A program made the translations under genes and the position numbers. 32,000 nt of DNA, taken from Candidatus Nanohalobium constans (GTDB taxonomy: Archaea; Nanohalarchaeota; Nanosalinia; Nanosalinales; Nanosalinaceae). The notes below the pieces were generated by a model. That model was not told where the DNA came from. It saw only the letters and a program-made list of their open reading frames with translations, and ran no database searches. The stretch spans positions 810,001 through 842,000 of the forward strand of contig NZ_CP040089.1 in the NCBI RefSeq assembly GCF_009617975.1. Direction: 5' to 3'. This document shows, one piece after another, positions 16,654 through 25,211 of the stretch. How positions within the stretch are numbered: the first letter of the stretch is position 1; the number at the start of each line of letters is the position of its first letter.

Positions 16654-18677
16654 TCTTTTGTCACCTTCTGGATCATGTTTACGATCTGGTTTTCGACTTC
16701 TTCGATGTCCTCTTCTATTTCTCCGAGGTCTCTTGGTGGTTCGTATTCGTAGAAATAGCGGTTGAAGTTGATTTCGTAACCAATCTTTCCTAGTCCGTCA
16801 TCTTGTGGATCTTTCATATCTTCGTTGATCCATGCATGTGGCTGGTAAGGTTTGACCTCTTCCTCAAAGTATTCTCTGACATCTTTTCCAAGCGGCACAT
16901 ATTCGTAGTCGGTTAGGTCAGTGTCTCTTTCGGGATTGCCGTTACCGTCTGTGACGATCTCTGCTTCTTGATCTTTTTCTCCGAGAGCTTTGAAGATATT
17001 GCCTTCAACCGATTTCTTCAAGTCAAGACCTGCTTCTTCAATTGCTTCTTCAAGTTTCTCCTCAAACTCATCTTTGTCTTTGTAGAGCTTGTCTTCCATT
17101 CCTTGAAGCATTTCTATAATCGCTTCCTGTTTCTTCTCTCCTTCTTCGTTATCTGACAGGTTCTGGAAGGCTCTTTCTTCTTTGATCTGTTCTATCCTTT
17201 CTTTGGAAGCTTTGAAGTTTTTGCGTAGAGGCCGTTCAATCCTGACTTTTCTGTATCCGAACTCACTGATATCGTGTATCTGTGAGTTTTCTGACTCTTC
17301 ATTTGCTCTGTAAAGGTCAAGGATATCTTGAATCTGGTCTTCTGTCAGTTCTTTTCTCTTATCGCCTTTGTTTTCGGACATCAGATTCCAGAACTCTTCT
17401 CCTGAAGCGTCAATTAGTTGTACTTCACCTTCTCTTTCTGCAGGCTTGTCGTTAGATAAAACCCAGATATAGGTTGAAATTTTTGTGTTGTAGAAGAGTT
17501 CGTCTGGCATCCTGATCAGAGCTTCTAGCCAGTCGTTTTCTAGAATCCATCTTCTTATGCTACATTCGTTTTTGCTTTCTGAAACATTTGGATCTGAAGT
17601 GAATAAGGGTGAAGCGTTTGATATGAAGGCTATTCTACTTCCTCCGTCTTCAGGTTCTTGTCTTTTTGATAGCATGTTTTGTAGGAATAGTAGCTGTCCG
17701 TCATCGGTTGATGGTAGTCCTGCTCCGAATCTTCCTCCGTAGCCTTGTTCTGCTTCGTTCTTTACAGCGTCCTTATCACTTTTCCAGTCTTTTCCGTATG
17801 GAGGATTGGCTAGCATGTAATCGAACTGTTTATCGGGGAAAGCGTCTTTAGATAGTGTACTTCCGTCTGCTATATTGTCTGCGGCTCTTTCTTCTTCTCC
17901 TTTGATAAACATGTCTGATTTGCAGATTGCATATGTCTGTGGGTTTACTTCCTGTCCAAACATCCAGACTTCTACATCTTCGTTGGCTTGGAGTATTCGG
18001 TCTTCTGTTTCTGTGAGCATACCTCCTGATCCACAGCAAGGGTCGTAGACATGCATGATCTGGTTTTCTTCGAAGTCTTCTCTGTCTGGTTCGATTGCTA
18101 GTTCTGCCATCAGATCTACTACTTCTCTTGGAGTAAAGTGTTCTCCAGGGTTCTCATCCAAAGATTCGTTGAATTTTCGGATCAGTTCTTCGAAGATATC
18201 TCCCATAGTAGAGTTGTCTACTCTGTCAGGGTGTAGATCAACTTCCGGCTGGCAAAATCTTTTGACTACTTTGTAAAGTAGGTCATGCTTGTCTAATTCT
18301 TCTATTGTACCTTCGAACCCAAAGTTGTCCAGAACATCTTGCATTTCCGGTGAGAAAGAGTGCATGTACTCTTTCAGGTTTCTTTCAATATCGTTTGGTT
18401 CGTCTAGAAGTGTTTCAAGTGTGTATTCGGAGTAGTTGTAGAATGGTGCTTCTGCGGCTTCTTTTAATACTTCTTGTAGAGCATCTTCATTTAGCTCATC
18501 TTTGTATTGTTCGTATTGTTCTCTTACTTCATCGTTTGTAGGTTCAAGAACACAGTCTAACCTTCTTAACACTAGGAAGGGCAGTATTACCTCTTCGTAG
18601 TCTCCTCTTTTGAATTTATCTCTTATTAGATCAGCCGCCCCCCAAACAAAATTGGATATTTCATTAAAATCAGACAT
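16650..18677 (-). CDS. hsdM: Type I restriction-modification N6-adenine DNA methyltransferase subunit (HsdM)
   Basis: 675 aa. SAM motif I is VYDPCCGSGGML and catalytic motif IV is LANPPYG. C-terminal GYEINFNRYFYEYEPPRDL is typical of HsdM. Confidence 0.92.
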   Translation of the reverse strand: MSDFNEISNFVWGAADLIRDKFKRGDYEEVILPFLVLRRLDCVLEPTNDEVREQYEQYKDELNEDALQEVLKEAAEAPFYNYSEYTLETLLDEPNDIERNLKEYMHSFSPEMQDVLDNFGFEGTIEELDKHDLLYKVVKRFCQPEVDLHPDRVDNSTMGDIFEELIRKFNESLDENPGEHFTPREVVDLMAELAIEPDREDFEENQIMHVYDPCCGSGGMLTETEDRILQANEDVEVWMFGQEVNPQTYAICKSDMFIKGEEERAADNIADGSTLSKDAFPDKQFDYMLANPPYGKDWKSDKDAVKNEAEQGYGGRFGAGLPSTDDGQLLFLQNMLSKRQEPEDGGSRIAFISNASPLFTSDPNVSESKNECSIRRWILENDWLEALIRMPDELFYNTKISTYIWVLSNDKPAEREGEVQLIDASGEEFWNLMSENKGDKRKELTEDQIQDILDLYRANEESENSQIHDISEFGYRKVRIERPLRKNFKASKERIEQIKEERAFQNLSDNEEGEKKQEAIIEMLQGMEDKLYKDKDEFEEKLEEAIEEAGLDLKKSVEGNIFKALGEKDQEAEIVTDGNGNPERDTDLTDYEYVPLGKDVREYFEEEVKPYQPHAWINEDMKDPQDDGLGKIGYEINFNRYFYEYEPPRDLGEIEEDIEEVENQIVNMIQKVTKE

Positions 18678-18994
18678 AATCTATCGCTTCCCTCTGTTTA
18701 TCAATACCATAATAATCTTGATATGATCACTGGTGATAAAGCTGTTCAAAGGTATAGAAAGTTGAATTATTCAAAAAGTAGAGGCCGCTTGAGGCGGCCA
18801 GTCTATGAGAGCCTAAGACGGCTTACGGCCGTTACTCGATGACTCCATACGTCAGCTTGGTTACGCCAGCTAAACGATGAAATACCCTTTGTTGGATATT
18901 AATCCAGTCTCCTTTGTTGCTTAAAAGCCCTAGCCATTCAGAATCTCCGTGCCGCTCTTATAAGTCGCTAAAAAACATCTTTTCTTGATAAGAC

Positions 18995-20038
18995 ATGTCT
19001 GACGACCTTAACGAGATCGCAGATGACTACACCGGAGAGAAATATCAACCTGTAAAGGCTGATTTACACTCTTTTGTAGACTATTACAAGGGAGACCTTG
19101 CAAAAGGCTCAATAATACAGTACCTCCGATTTCTGGCAGAACTGGACTTCGATCCACTGGCCGAGAATCCTGAACCTAAAGAAATAGATATTGATGATTT
19201 CCATCTGGACCAGTTCCAGCGGTGGACGCGGAAGAAATCCAGAAAAAAGTTCGGAACAAGCGACGGCAAAAGTAACAGCAGGCACAGATACCAGTACCTA
19301 TCATTCCTATCGCTGAAGAAATACATCAAATCGCAGAAACCTGAACTACTTCAGTACCTTCCAGAGTCCAGAAACTTCACAAAGCCCACCTCACAGAAGC
19401 ACACACTGAAGTACACAGAGGATCAAATACAGGACATGATGATGGCAGTTTCCGACAACAGGAAACTGTTCCTAGGCATATCACTAATGTACTACGGAGG
19501 TATGCGTAGCTTCGAGTTGCTTCATTTGACACCGGAATGGCTGGAGTTCAAGGAAGAAAGAATCGAGGTAGAGATTCCGCCAAAGTACGCCAAAGGTCAG
19601 AAAGAGAACAGGGAAAAAGAGTTCACATTTGTGAAAAAGCTGTACGAACAAGACCTCAAGAAGTACATACTAGACCACTACAACTATGATGGAAGCTATG
19701 AAGACCTAGTGGAAGACCTATCAGATAAGGAAGAGTTTGAACCTGTCTTCAACTTTGTAGAAGATACCGAGAAAACATACCAGGACTTAATGCGTGAACG
19801 CTACCACCTGAACCAGAAGCTGAAAGATGCGGCTCAGAGAGCAGGGATAAACAGGGCCGATGAATTTTCCAGCCATAAGCTGAGGCGTTCATTCATACAC
19901 AAAGTCTATGATTCAAGTAACGATCTATCCAGAACAGCACAGGTCGCAAGACACTCCAAACCAAGCACCACAGAACAGTTCTACCTGCAAAGAGACAAGG
20001 AGGAGAGGTTCGACACCTATCAGGAAGCATTTTCCTGA
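18995..20038 (+). CDS. Tyrosine recombinase/integrase (Xer/phage-integrase-like)
   Basis: 347 aa. YYGGMRSFELLHL (box I Arg), SHKLRRSFIH (HxxR) and ARHSKPSTTEQFY (His...Tyr). Confidence 0.82.
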   Translation: MSDDLNEIADDYTGEKYQPVKADLHSFVDYYKGDLAKGSIIQYLRFLAELDFDPLAENPEPKEIDIDDFHLDQFQRWTRKKSRKKFGTSDGKSNSRHRYQYLSFLSLKKYIKSQKPELLQYLPESRNFTKPTSQKHTLKYTEDQIQDMMMAVSDNRKLFLGISLMYYGGMRSFELLHLTPEWLEFKEERIEVEIPPKYAKGQKENREKEFTFVKKLYEQDLKKYILDHYNYDGSYEDLVEDLSDKEEFEPVFNFVEDTEKTYQDLMRERYHLNQKLKDAAQRAGINRADEFSSHKLRRSFIHKVYDSSNDLSRTAQVARHSKPSTTEQFYLQRDKEERFDTYQEAFS

Positions 20039-20499
20039 AAAGCTATATCGGTGTGAAATAGCCATTTCATCTATGTTGATCCCTGTATATAGGGGTTATT
20101 GGCTAAAGAGCCGGACACGCACCTTTAACTCCGGTCACATAAGTCAGACTTTGAAATTTTATCATTCTCAGCAGTCGGAACAGTTGAAAAAATGGCAGTG
20201 GGATCTCTACAGTCGTTTAAATCCTCTTAATGAGTCGTCAGCTAGAAAATAGTATAAAGAGGGTCTGAAAAAGGGAGTTGATTCCCCGACCCCTGATGGC
20301 TTTCCCTACATCTAGTCTCCGGGCACTAGCCGGTTAAATACCTTATTACGGGAAGTACATCAGCATGTTTCACAGCCCGTCAACATTTTCTTCACACCTA
20401 ATATTGACAAGAACATTAAACTCTAAAAACACTCTATAAGTTGCTTTCAGACATCTAAGCGGCTAAAAGCATTTTTAAGCCACAAAGTGTACTGGGACG

Positions 20500-20880
20500 A
20501 TGATGGCAACTACCTACAAAAGTAGAGCTACATCTAAAGAAGAGTACCTAAAACTTCTGAACAACCTGAAGGAAGTCAAGAAAAACAGAGGTGGCTACAA
20601 AAAATCCTTCGAAAACATGCTGGACGAGTACTTCCTCTGCAAACAAGTTGAAAACCCTGACATATACTTCTTCCGTTATAGATTCGGAGAGGGAAAATCT
20701 ACATTCGGCCTCTCACAGCTAACAAGAGGAGACCTGTTTATCTCTCCGACACAGAAGCAGAGCAAGAGCAATCAGAGTCACTACGAGGACATACACCCAG
20801 AGAATAAACATAAGACAATCAGAATATTCGGTTTCGACTACATTATCGGTAGGATAGACCCGATAAGAAGCAATATTTAA
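20500..20880 (+). CDS. Hypothetical protein with a P-loop-like GEGKST motif; possibly the N-terminal part of a frameshifted gene
   Basis: 126 aa. FGEGKSTFG is encoded near 20683-20709. ATTTTTAAG lies about 20-27 nt upstream of the ATG. The next gene's reading frame is already open from 20853. Confidence 0.5.
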   Translation: MMATTYKSRATSKEEYLKLLNNLKEVKKNRGGYKKSFENMLDEYFLCKQVENPDIYFFRYRFGEGKSTFGLSQLTRGDLFISPTQKQSKSNQSHYEDIHPENKHKTIRIFGFDYIIGRIDPIRSNI

Positions 20881-21086
20881 CCGATACTATCAGGGATCTT
20901 TGGGAGGAAGAATCAGATCAGAGGAAAGAGCTTGAAGAACTCAGAGATCAAGAAGAGACACCCAGACAGGCAATTCTTGAGTACAGGAAAAGACACGATG
21001 AAGATCCTGAACTACTGGATATATACCTGAAGCAATTCAAGGAAGAAACTTGGAGAGAAAATGTCGTATTTGCATGTCCTTCCCGA

Positions 21087-22787
21087 ATGGAACTGCTTGA
21101 ACAGAGAGCCTTCCTGTCCTCTATGGACAGAGTAATGATGGACGAAGGTATTGAAGAAGAATTTGTTGAGAGAAGGTTCGGAGAGCTTTCTGAAGAACTT
21201 ACAGCAATAGGCGTGAAGAACCCTCAGAAACGCCAGGTCAATATGCAAGACTACAGTAAAAGGCAGGTCAAATTCAGAGATTATAACCCCAAATCAGGCC
21301 TTGAAAAAGAGAAGATAGAGTCCCTGAAGGCGATGGCCAGAAAGATTTTGATCAACATCTATGTCAATTCCTACGAAGTCGAAACTGTAGATGTTGATTC
21401 TCAAGAGACCGACCAGAAGGGATTAACAGACCACATAATATTTGCAGGTGGAGAAATCGAAACAGAAACTCCTCATACCGAGTTTCTTGTTCAAAAATTC
21501 TCTAACCTCTGGCTTAATGTAGCAAAGAAAAACTTCCATGGAAGCACCCTCATAGGCAAAGAAAAGCATAAACTGATGAAAGAAGGAAAGCTTGAGAAGT
21601 TGAAGAAGCTGGAAAGGATGGAAAGAGTATTCAACAAAATATTCATTTCCAGACACTGCAGACTGACTTTTTCCAAGACAAACAGTCTAATAGACAGCAT
21701 GAAGCTAGAGAAACCGCTTTACTACGAGCTATGGGATATAGCCGATAAAGCGGATCAGGAGATATGGGTTCTGGACGCTACTACTGGAAAGAACTACTAC
21801 CAGTACATGAAGAGACAATACAGATATGAGGCAGATAACCACGATGCAGATATAGATGAGGCATACCTTGGAGACGGCAATAATTTCTCAGGAGTCGAAT
21901 TTGAAGACAGAACCTACGAATCAATTGATGTTGAGGAGCTAGAACCTGAATACGAATGGTATCTCTGGGACTGGAATGTTGAGGATAGCAGGTCTACTGT
22001 GACCATGAATGCCTCCAAATCAAAGGTAATGGATGAGATAGTTAAGGAGATCAAGAAGGAAGCAGAAGAAAAGAAAGTTGGTGTAATATCGTACAAGCAT
22101 ATCAGGAGACGGTTTGAAGGCACTCAGGTAATTGCCCAGAACTTCGCCCAGTCAGAAGGAACCAACAAATTCAAAGATGTCGATCACCTGTATGTGATCG
22201 GATCTCCTCCAAAAGCAGGGCTTCTTCAGGATTACATTCGACAGTATAGGGAACTGCCTGCCTTCAACCCCATGGAGAATGAGGAGATGCGTAGAGTCAG
22301 TCCGCACGGCGGCCTAGTAGATTTCAGGGATGTTATATCCGTGGAGAAGAAAGCCGAGAACCTTGACAGCCTCCTTCAGAAACTTCACTCCGGGAAGATA
22401 GAAGTTGACTCAGGAACGGAATGGTCTGATTTCTTCGACAGAAATATCGAGAGACCTGTGTTCGATGCATACTTCAGAATGAGACACCAGTTCAAGGTGG
22501 GTGGCAAGGTAACTAGAATGGGATTCAACGCCATGAACTTCCTGAAGGATCCTAACGGGACTGCAGGAGACTGGCTATGTGACAGGAAGGAGGACAGAGA
22601 GATTATTGAAAACTGGGAGGATATGCCGAAGAAAGTATTTCAGGAGAAGTCCTATGTTAATTCTCATGTAAATCTGAAGAAGTGGACGAGAAGATGGAAG
22701 AACGAAAATTTCGAAGATATTCCAGAATCAACTTACTACGACTGGAGAAATAAGTGGAAAGAAATAGGTCTAAAAGATCCCGAATAA
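21087..22787 (+). CDS. Large hypothetical protein (possible NTPase/helicase C-terminal part; HTH-like C-terminus)
   Basis: 566 aa. EIWVLDATTG is Walker-B/motif-II-like. AQSEGTNKFKDVDHLYVIGSPP resembles late helicase motifs. C-terminal IPESTYYDWRNKWKE is HTH-like. 78 stop-free codons precede the first ATG. Confidence 0.6.
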   Translation: MELLEQRAFLSSMDRVMMDEGIEEEFVERRFGELSEELTAIGVKNPQKRQVNMQDYSKRQVKFRDYNPKSGLEKEKIESLKAMARKILINIYVNSYEVETVDVDSQETDQKGLTDHIIFAGGEIETETPHTEFLVQKFSNLWLNVAKKNFHGSTLIGKEKHKLMKEGKLEKLKKLERMERVFNKIFISRHCRLTFSKTNSLIDSMKLEKPLYYELWDIADKADQEIWVLDATTGKNYYQYMKRQYRYEADNHDADIDEAYLGDGNNFSGVEFEDRTYESIDVEELEPEYEWYLWDWNVEDSRSTVTMNASKSKVMDEIVKEIKKEAEEKKVGVISYKHIRRRFEGTQVIAQNFAQSEGTNKFKDVDHLYVIGSPPKAGLLQDYIRQYRELPAFNPMENEEMRRVSPHGGLVDFRDVISVEKKAENLDSLLQKLHSGKIEVDSGTEWSDFFDRNIERPVFDAYFRMRHQFKVGGKVTRMGFNAMNFLKDPNGTAGDWLCDRKEDREIIENWEDMPKKVFQEKSYVNSHVNLKKWTRRWKNENFEDIPESTYYDWRNKWKEIGLKDPE

Positions 22788-22830
22788 TTGTCCCTTATCC
22801 ATAATAGGATCCTTTAATAGATCGACCCCA

Positions 22831-23346
22831 CTATTTCGGGATCAATCCCGATCTTTGCTCCAGACCATCTCTAACAATACCCAGTTTGTAACATGAATCA
22901 CAGATCCATTCTTTCTCAGGTGTTAATCGAAACTCCTTCCTTTCCTGTTGGCAATCCGGACACTCTACAGCCTTAGAAATATGGAAGAGATCGCCCAGAT
23001 CATCGGAATCTTTCTTGATATCTCCAACTTCATTCTCCAGAAACAGGTCATCCCAAAGATCCCTAACTGAATCGTCAAATCTGATATCTGGGAGCATATC
23101 AACTTTCTCTTCCAAACTGCCTGTAACTTCTAGAGGAGGAATCTCTATTTCCTTGTAATATGTAAACACATTACCTAGAGATTTTTTCTCATAGATATGG
23201 GATTTCCTTCCTTTCGTGTAAAACCACCTGAGAAACAATTTGTTGCTCTGGACAATATTTTCCTCCCATTCTCTAACTTTCTCTCTCATAGCCTCTTTCT
23301 CAATCTCTTTCTTCTTCTCCAATAGATCATCTTCCATGTAGATCAC
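22831..23346 (-). CDS. Hypothetical protein with a C-terminal Cys4 zinc ribbon
   Basis: 171 aa. CPDC-x(17)-CDSC. The GTG start overlaps the upstream TGA stop (GTGA); an alternative ATG lies 9 nt downstream. Confidence 0.55.
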   Translation of the reverse strand: MIYMEDDLLEKKKEIEKEAMREKVREWEENIVQSNKLFLRWFYTKGRKSHIYEKKSLGNVFTYYKEIEIPPLEVTGSLEEKVDMLPDIRFDDSVRDLWDDLFLENEVGDIKKDSDDLGDLFHISKAVECPDCQQERKEFRLTPEKEWICDSCYKLGIVRDGLEQRSGLIPK

Positions 23347-23948
23347 CCTGTTTCTAGACCTAGCTCCTGTATAGGTCTTCTGGCTTCACCATCTGACATC
23401 TCTGCAATATCTTGGATTTTCTCACTAGTAATACCAAGTTTTCTGTGTTGATTGATGTCTTGCAAGATTTTCTTGACTTCTTCTTGAGAAAGAAGTTCAA
23501 ATTCCAACTCTGCACCTATTGAAACTTCCAGACTGTCTGGATTTTTAGCAGTAGCAATTACTCTCTGTCTTGAGTCTACTGCCTGCTGTATGCCTTCATG
23601 GAAATCAGATCGTAGCTGATCTACCTGGTCAAGTACTAGCACTCTCTGTTCGTCTGTGTCCATAGATGCAGTTTCAAGAATGTTGTTGATTGTGTTGACG
23701 ATGGCTTTCGGACTATTTCGCTTAGAACAGTCAATCCTGTCCCAGTGCATCTCATGTTCAACAAGGGCCTTAGCCATCATCTCTGCCGCAGTTGTCTTCC
23801 CAGTACCTTTCGGCCCGTGAAGAAGTAGATCAGCGTTAAGTTCTCCTGTTTCTACAACTCTTCCAATAATTCTCCGGGTTTTCCCATCCTGTCCGTGGAA
23901 GTTCTCAAGTTTCTCTGGTCGAACCTTCTCCGGTTTCAGTTCTGTCAC
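23343..23948 (-). CDS. Truncated RFC small-subunit-like AAA+ protein (clamp-loader-like)
   Basis: 201 aa. KVRPEKLENFHGQD resembles the RFC box EKYRPxxLdxxxGQ. Walker A is LLLHGPKGTGKTTAAEMMAKAL. The Walker B position is VLVLDQVD. SDGEARRPIQEL resembles sxGDxRxxinxLQ. Confidence 0.72.
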   Translation of the reverse strand: MTELKPEKVRPEKLENFHGQDGKTRRIIGRVVETGELNADLLLHGPKGTGKTTAAEMMAKALVEHEMHWDRIDCSKRNSPKAIVNTINNILETASMDTDEQRVLVLDQVDQLRSDFHEGIQQAVDSRQRVIATAKNPDSLEVSIGAELEFELLSQEEVKKILQDINQHRKLGITSEKIQDIAEMSDGEARRPIQELGLETG

Positions 23949-24793
23949 TGTTCCTCACCTTCTGAGATCACTGGAGCTATGGTGTATACTGCTTCGAAGT
24001 AATCTAGGTCACCTTTCCTAATTACCAGTCCAGAATCATCTGAAAGGTAAAATTTAACTCTTCCAAATAATCCTTCCAGTATTGAAAGTACAGCATACCG
24101 GTATTTGGAGGAACCTGTACCTTCCGCCGAATATCCGATATCTTCCTCTGTAATCTGGTTCCTGTTTTTATCCATAATGCCTACATTCAAATCTCCATCA
24201 TCAATTGAGAGCTCAAGTAAGTTTGCTCTTTCTGTTTCTGCTTCACTCAGAAAATCTGTCAGAATCCCGCTAAATAACTCTGCTTTAGCGTTCATTACAT
24301 GCTCGGTTGAATAATAGATATCGCTTTGAGAATCATAATGAATCCTTTGAAGTGCTTCATTTACGGATTCTCTATCAGATTCATATTCTCCAGTCTCAAG
24401 CTTAATTCTTTCTGTATCCGTTTCGATAGAAAGCTCTCCCTCTACATGTTTCAGAACAAGATTTTCTTTCTGGTCAAAACCTGTAATCAAGCCTTCTAAT
24501 CTTTCACTATCAGGAATTTTAAGCTCTCCCGTCTGCTTCACCCAAACATTACGGTAATCTATGTTGATCAGTGCTATCTCATTAGACAGTTCCTGGACTA
24601 CCACTCTGTCAGGATCTCTCTTTGCCTTGATAGTATATCCATCTACAAGAGAGTTCTCATCACTTCTTCCATCTAAGAAGAGCTTACCATCTCCAGTCAC
24701 CAAGTTGTGTAGTTCTTTGAGACCTCCCTTTGTGATCTCAATTTCTGCGGTTTTTGAATCGGTCGAATTTTTGGTCGATATTCTAGATTGCAT
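23945..24793 (-). CDS. PCNA-like sliding clamp protein
   Basis: 282 aa. GYTIKAKRDPDRVVVQEL resembles PCNA G-I-x-x-x-A-x-D-P-S-R-V-A-L. SSKYRYAVLSILEGL resembles xSxYSLxYL. The C-terminal RVKFYLSDDSGLVIRK...AVYTIAPVISE resembles the PCNA tail V-x-L-x-F-x-x-D-x-P-L...F-L-L-A-P-R. Hand comparison only. Confidence 0.62.
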   Translation of the reverse strand: MQSRISTKNSTDSKTAEIEITKGGLKELHNLVTGDGKLFLDGRSDENSLVDGYTIKAKRDPDRVVVQELSNEIALINIDYRNVWVKQTGELKIPDSERLEGLITGFDQKENLVLKHVEGELSIETDTERIKLETGEYESDRESVNEALQRIHYDSQSDIYYSTEHVMNAKAELFSGILTDFLSEAETERANLLELSIDDGDLNVGIMDKNRNQITEEDIGYSAEGTGSSKYRYAVLSILEGLFGRVKFYLSDDSGLVIRKGDLDYFEAVYTIAPVISEGEEQ

Positions 24794-24799
24794 GAGTAA

Positions 24800-25126
24800 T
24801 TACCTCGTAGTATTATCTGAGTTTTCAATTAAGATTTCCTGAACATGCGAAATTGCGTCTAGAGAGTCTTTTTCAGTGGTTTCAGCATATAGTCCTTCAA
24901 GCCTGTCAAGAGCAAGTTTTGTCCCAAACAAGTGGGCTTCATCTGTTTCCAGCTTCTCCTCTTCTAAAACATCTGCTAGAATATTTCTGAGTAGAGAGCT
25001 CTTTGAGCTGCCAGAGATATCTTCCAGTATCTCAATCTGGTATTTGTAGAGGAAGAAGCTTGTTATTTCCTTTTCCGGTTCCTCTTCTTCTATCTGGTCA
25101 ACCGTATTCTCCTCGAGCTTATACAT
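24800..25126 (-). CDS. Acidic hypothetical protein, possible ribbon-helix-helix fold
   Basis: 108 aa. ITSFFLYKYQIEILEDISGSSKSSLLRNILADVL has a strand-helix-helix pattern. It is part of the overlapping operon. Confidence 0.45.
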   Translation of the reverse strand: MYKLEENTVDQIEEEEPEKEITSFFLYKYQIEILEDISGSSKSSLLRNILADVLEEEKLETDEAHLFGTKLALDRLEGLYAETTEKDSLDAISHVQEILIENSDNTTR

Positions 25127-25211
25127 CTCTATCTTCCTCCATATCTTCTATCAGGTCGTTGATAGCCTCTTCTATGAAGGTGTCAATATCTGTATCATTA
25201 CTGTCCGTCAT
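25119..25211 (-). CDS. Tiny acidic ORF (30 aa) bridging two genes
   Basis: Hand translation: MTDSNDTDIDTFIEEAINDLIEDMEEDRDV. It overlaps the end of the RHH gene, and its stop overlaps the ATG of the next gene (GATGTATAA). Below the ORF-track cutoff. Confidence 0.25.
   Translation of the reverse strand: MTDSNDTDIDTFIEEAINDLIEDMEEDRDV

Noticed and set aside
19908-20252. 114-aa ORF overlapping the 3' end of integrase 2 and running into the intergenic region
   Set aside because: It is out of frame with a well-supported integrase, has no motif and is basic/low-complexity. The 20039-20499 region is better treated as non-coding (promoter of the 20500 gene, possible element junction).
20315-20326. 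Exact 12-nt repeat GTCTCCGGGCAC at 20315-20326 and 29289-29300, considered as possible att sites or element boundaries
   Set aside because: In 32 kb, tens of exact 12-mer coincidences are expected by chance. The flanking sequence shows no further similarity.
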